A DNA stretch of 64,000 nucleotides from Nitrospirota bacterium (GTDB lineage: Bacteria; Nitrospirota; JACRHJ01): assembly GCA_963733375.1 (NCBI GenBank), contig CAVTDB010000016.1, forward strand, positions 21,604 through 85,603, read 5' to 3'. The translations under genes were made by a program, and so were the position numbers. The notes beneath the pieces are model-generated. The model did not search any database. It worked only from the letters and a program-made list of their open reading frames with translations, and was not told the DNA's origin. Shown piece by piece: positions 63,817 to 64,000 of the stretch; within the stretch, counting starts at the first letter, position 1, and every line of letters starts with the position of its first letter.

Positions 63817-63910
63817 TAAGCCCCTCGAAAATTAGACAACTAGATTAAAGAATATATCATTAACCCATTAGAAATTCAAATTTTTTTTGGGGGTATAGGA
63901 GAAATGACAG

Positions 63911-64000
63911 TTAAAGCAGCCGCCGGTAGAGCCGCTCAATCTGCTCTGACATGCGCTTTGCCGTGAACATGTTTGCCCGTGTCCAGGCCGCGGCGCCCAT
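63911..64000 (-). CDS. 3' end of probable GT4 glycosyltransferase (truncated)
   Basis: MGAAA..RA..FT..RM..QIERLYRRLL* typical GT-B C-terminal helix. Confidence 0.55.
   Translation of the reverse strand: MGAAAWTRANMFTAKRMSEQIERLYRRLL

Overview
GC-rich bacterial chromosomal segment, mostly core genome. Gene content and order suggest an anaerobic Nitrospirota/Desulfobacterota-like diderm, but taxonomy cannot be fixed from the sequence alone. It carries msrAB, PBP1A, fchA-folD, ileS-lspA-TPR-lgt, tRNA-Met-tilS-hpt-[HD-GYP]-ftsH-folP-cdaA-cdaR-glmM, a repeat-rich Ser/Thr kinase, comEC, an S8 protease, DUF4912-GH57, rluB-aspS, guaB, icd and tyrS. It also has a cobalamin-riboswitch-led cobamide operon (cobO-cobU-cobT-cobS-cobC-cbiA-bzaF), surE-pcm, ihfA-merR-tRNA-Pro, EF-G2 and cimA. 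About 20 genes, including essential ones, are broken by small indels, so this is most likely an error-prone long-read assembly; I joined the fragments by hand and did not call pseudogenes. I saw no CRISPR array, integrase, transposase or intact prophage. Best leads: (1) a hidden stand-alone mini-gene resembling the Cys/His motif of phage MuF proteins, with its own promoter and RBS; (2) several tiny palindromic repeat families, including a 36-bp unit found singly, in tandem and nested inside another repeat; (3) a cobalamin riboswitch apparently lacking P2 and fused behind tRNA-Gly; (4) active-site variants of Hpt, MsrB and FolD.
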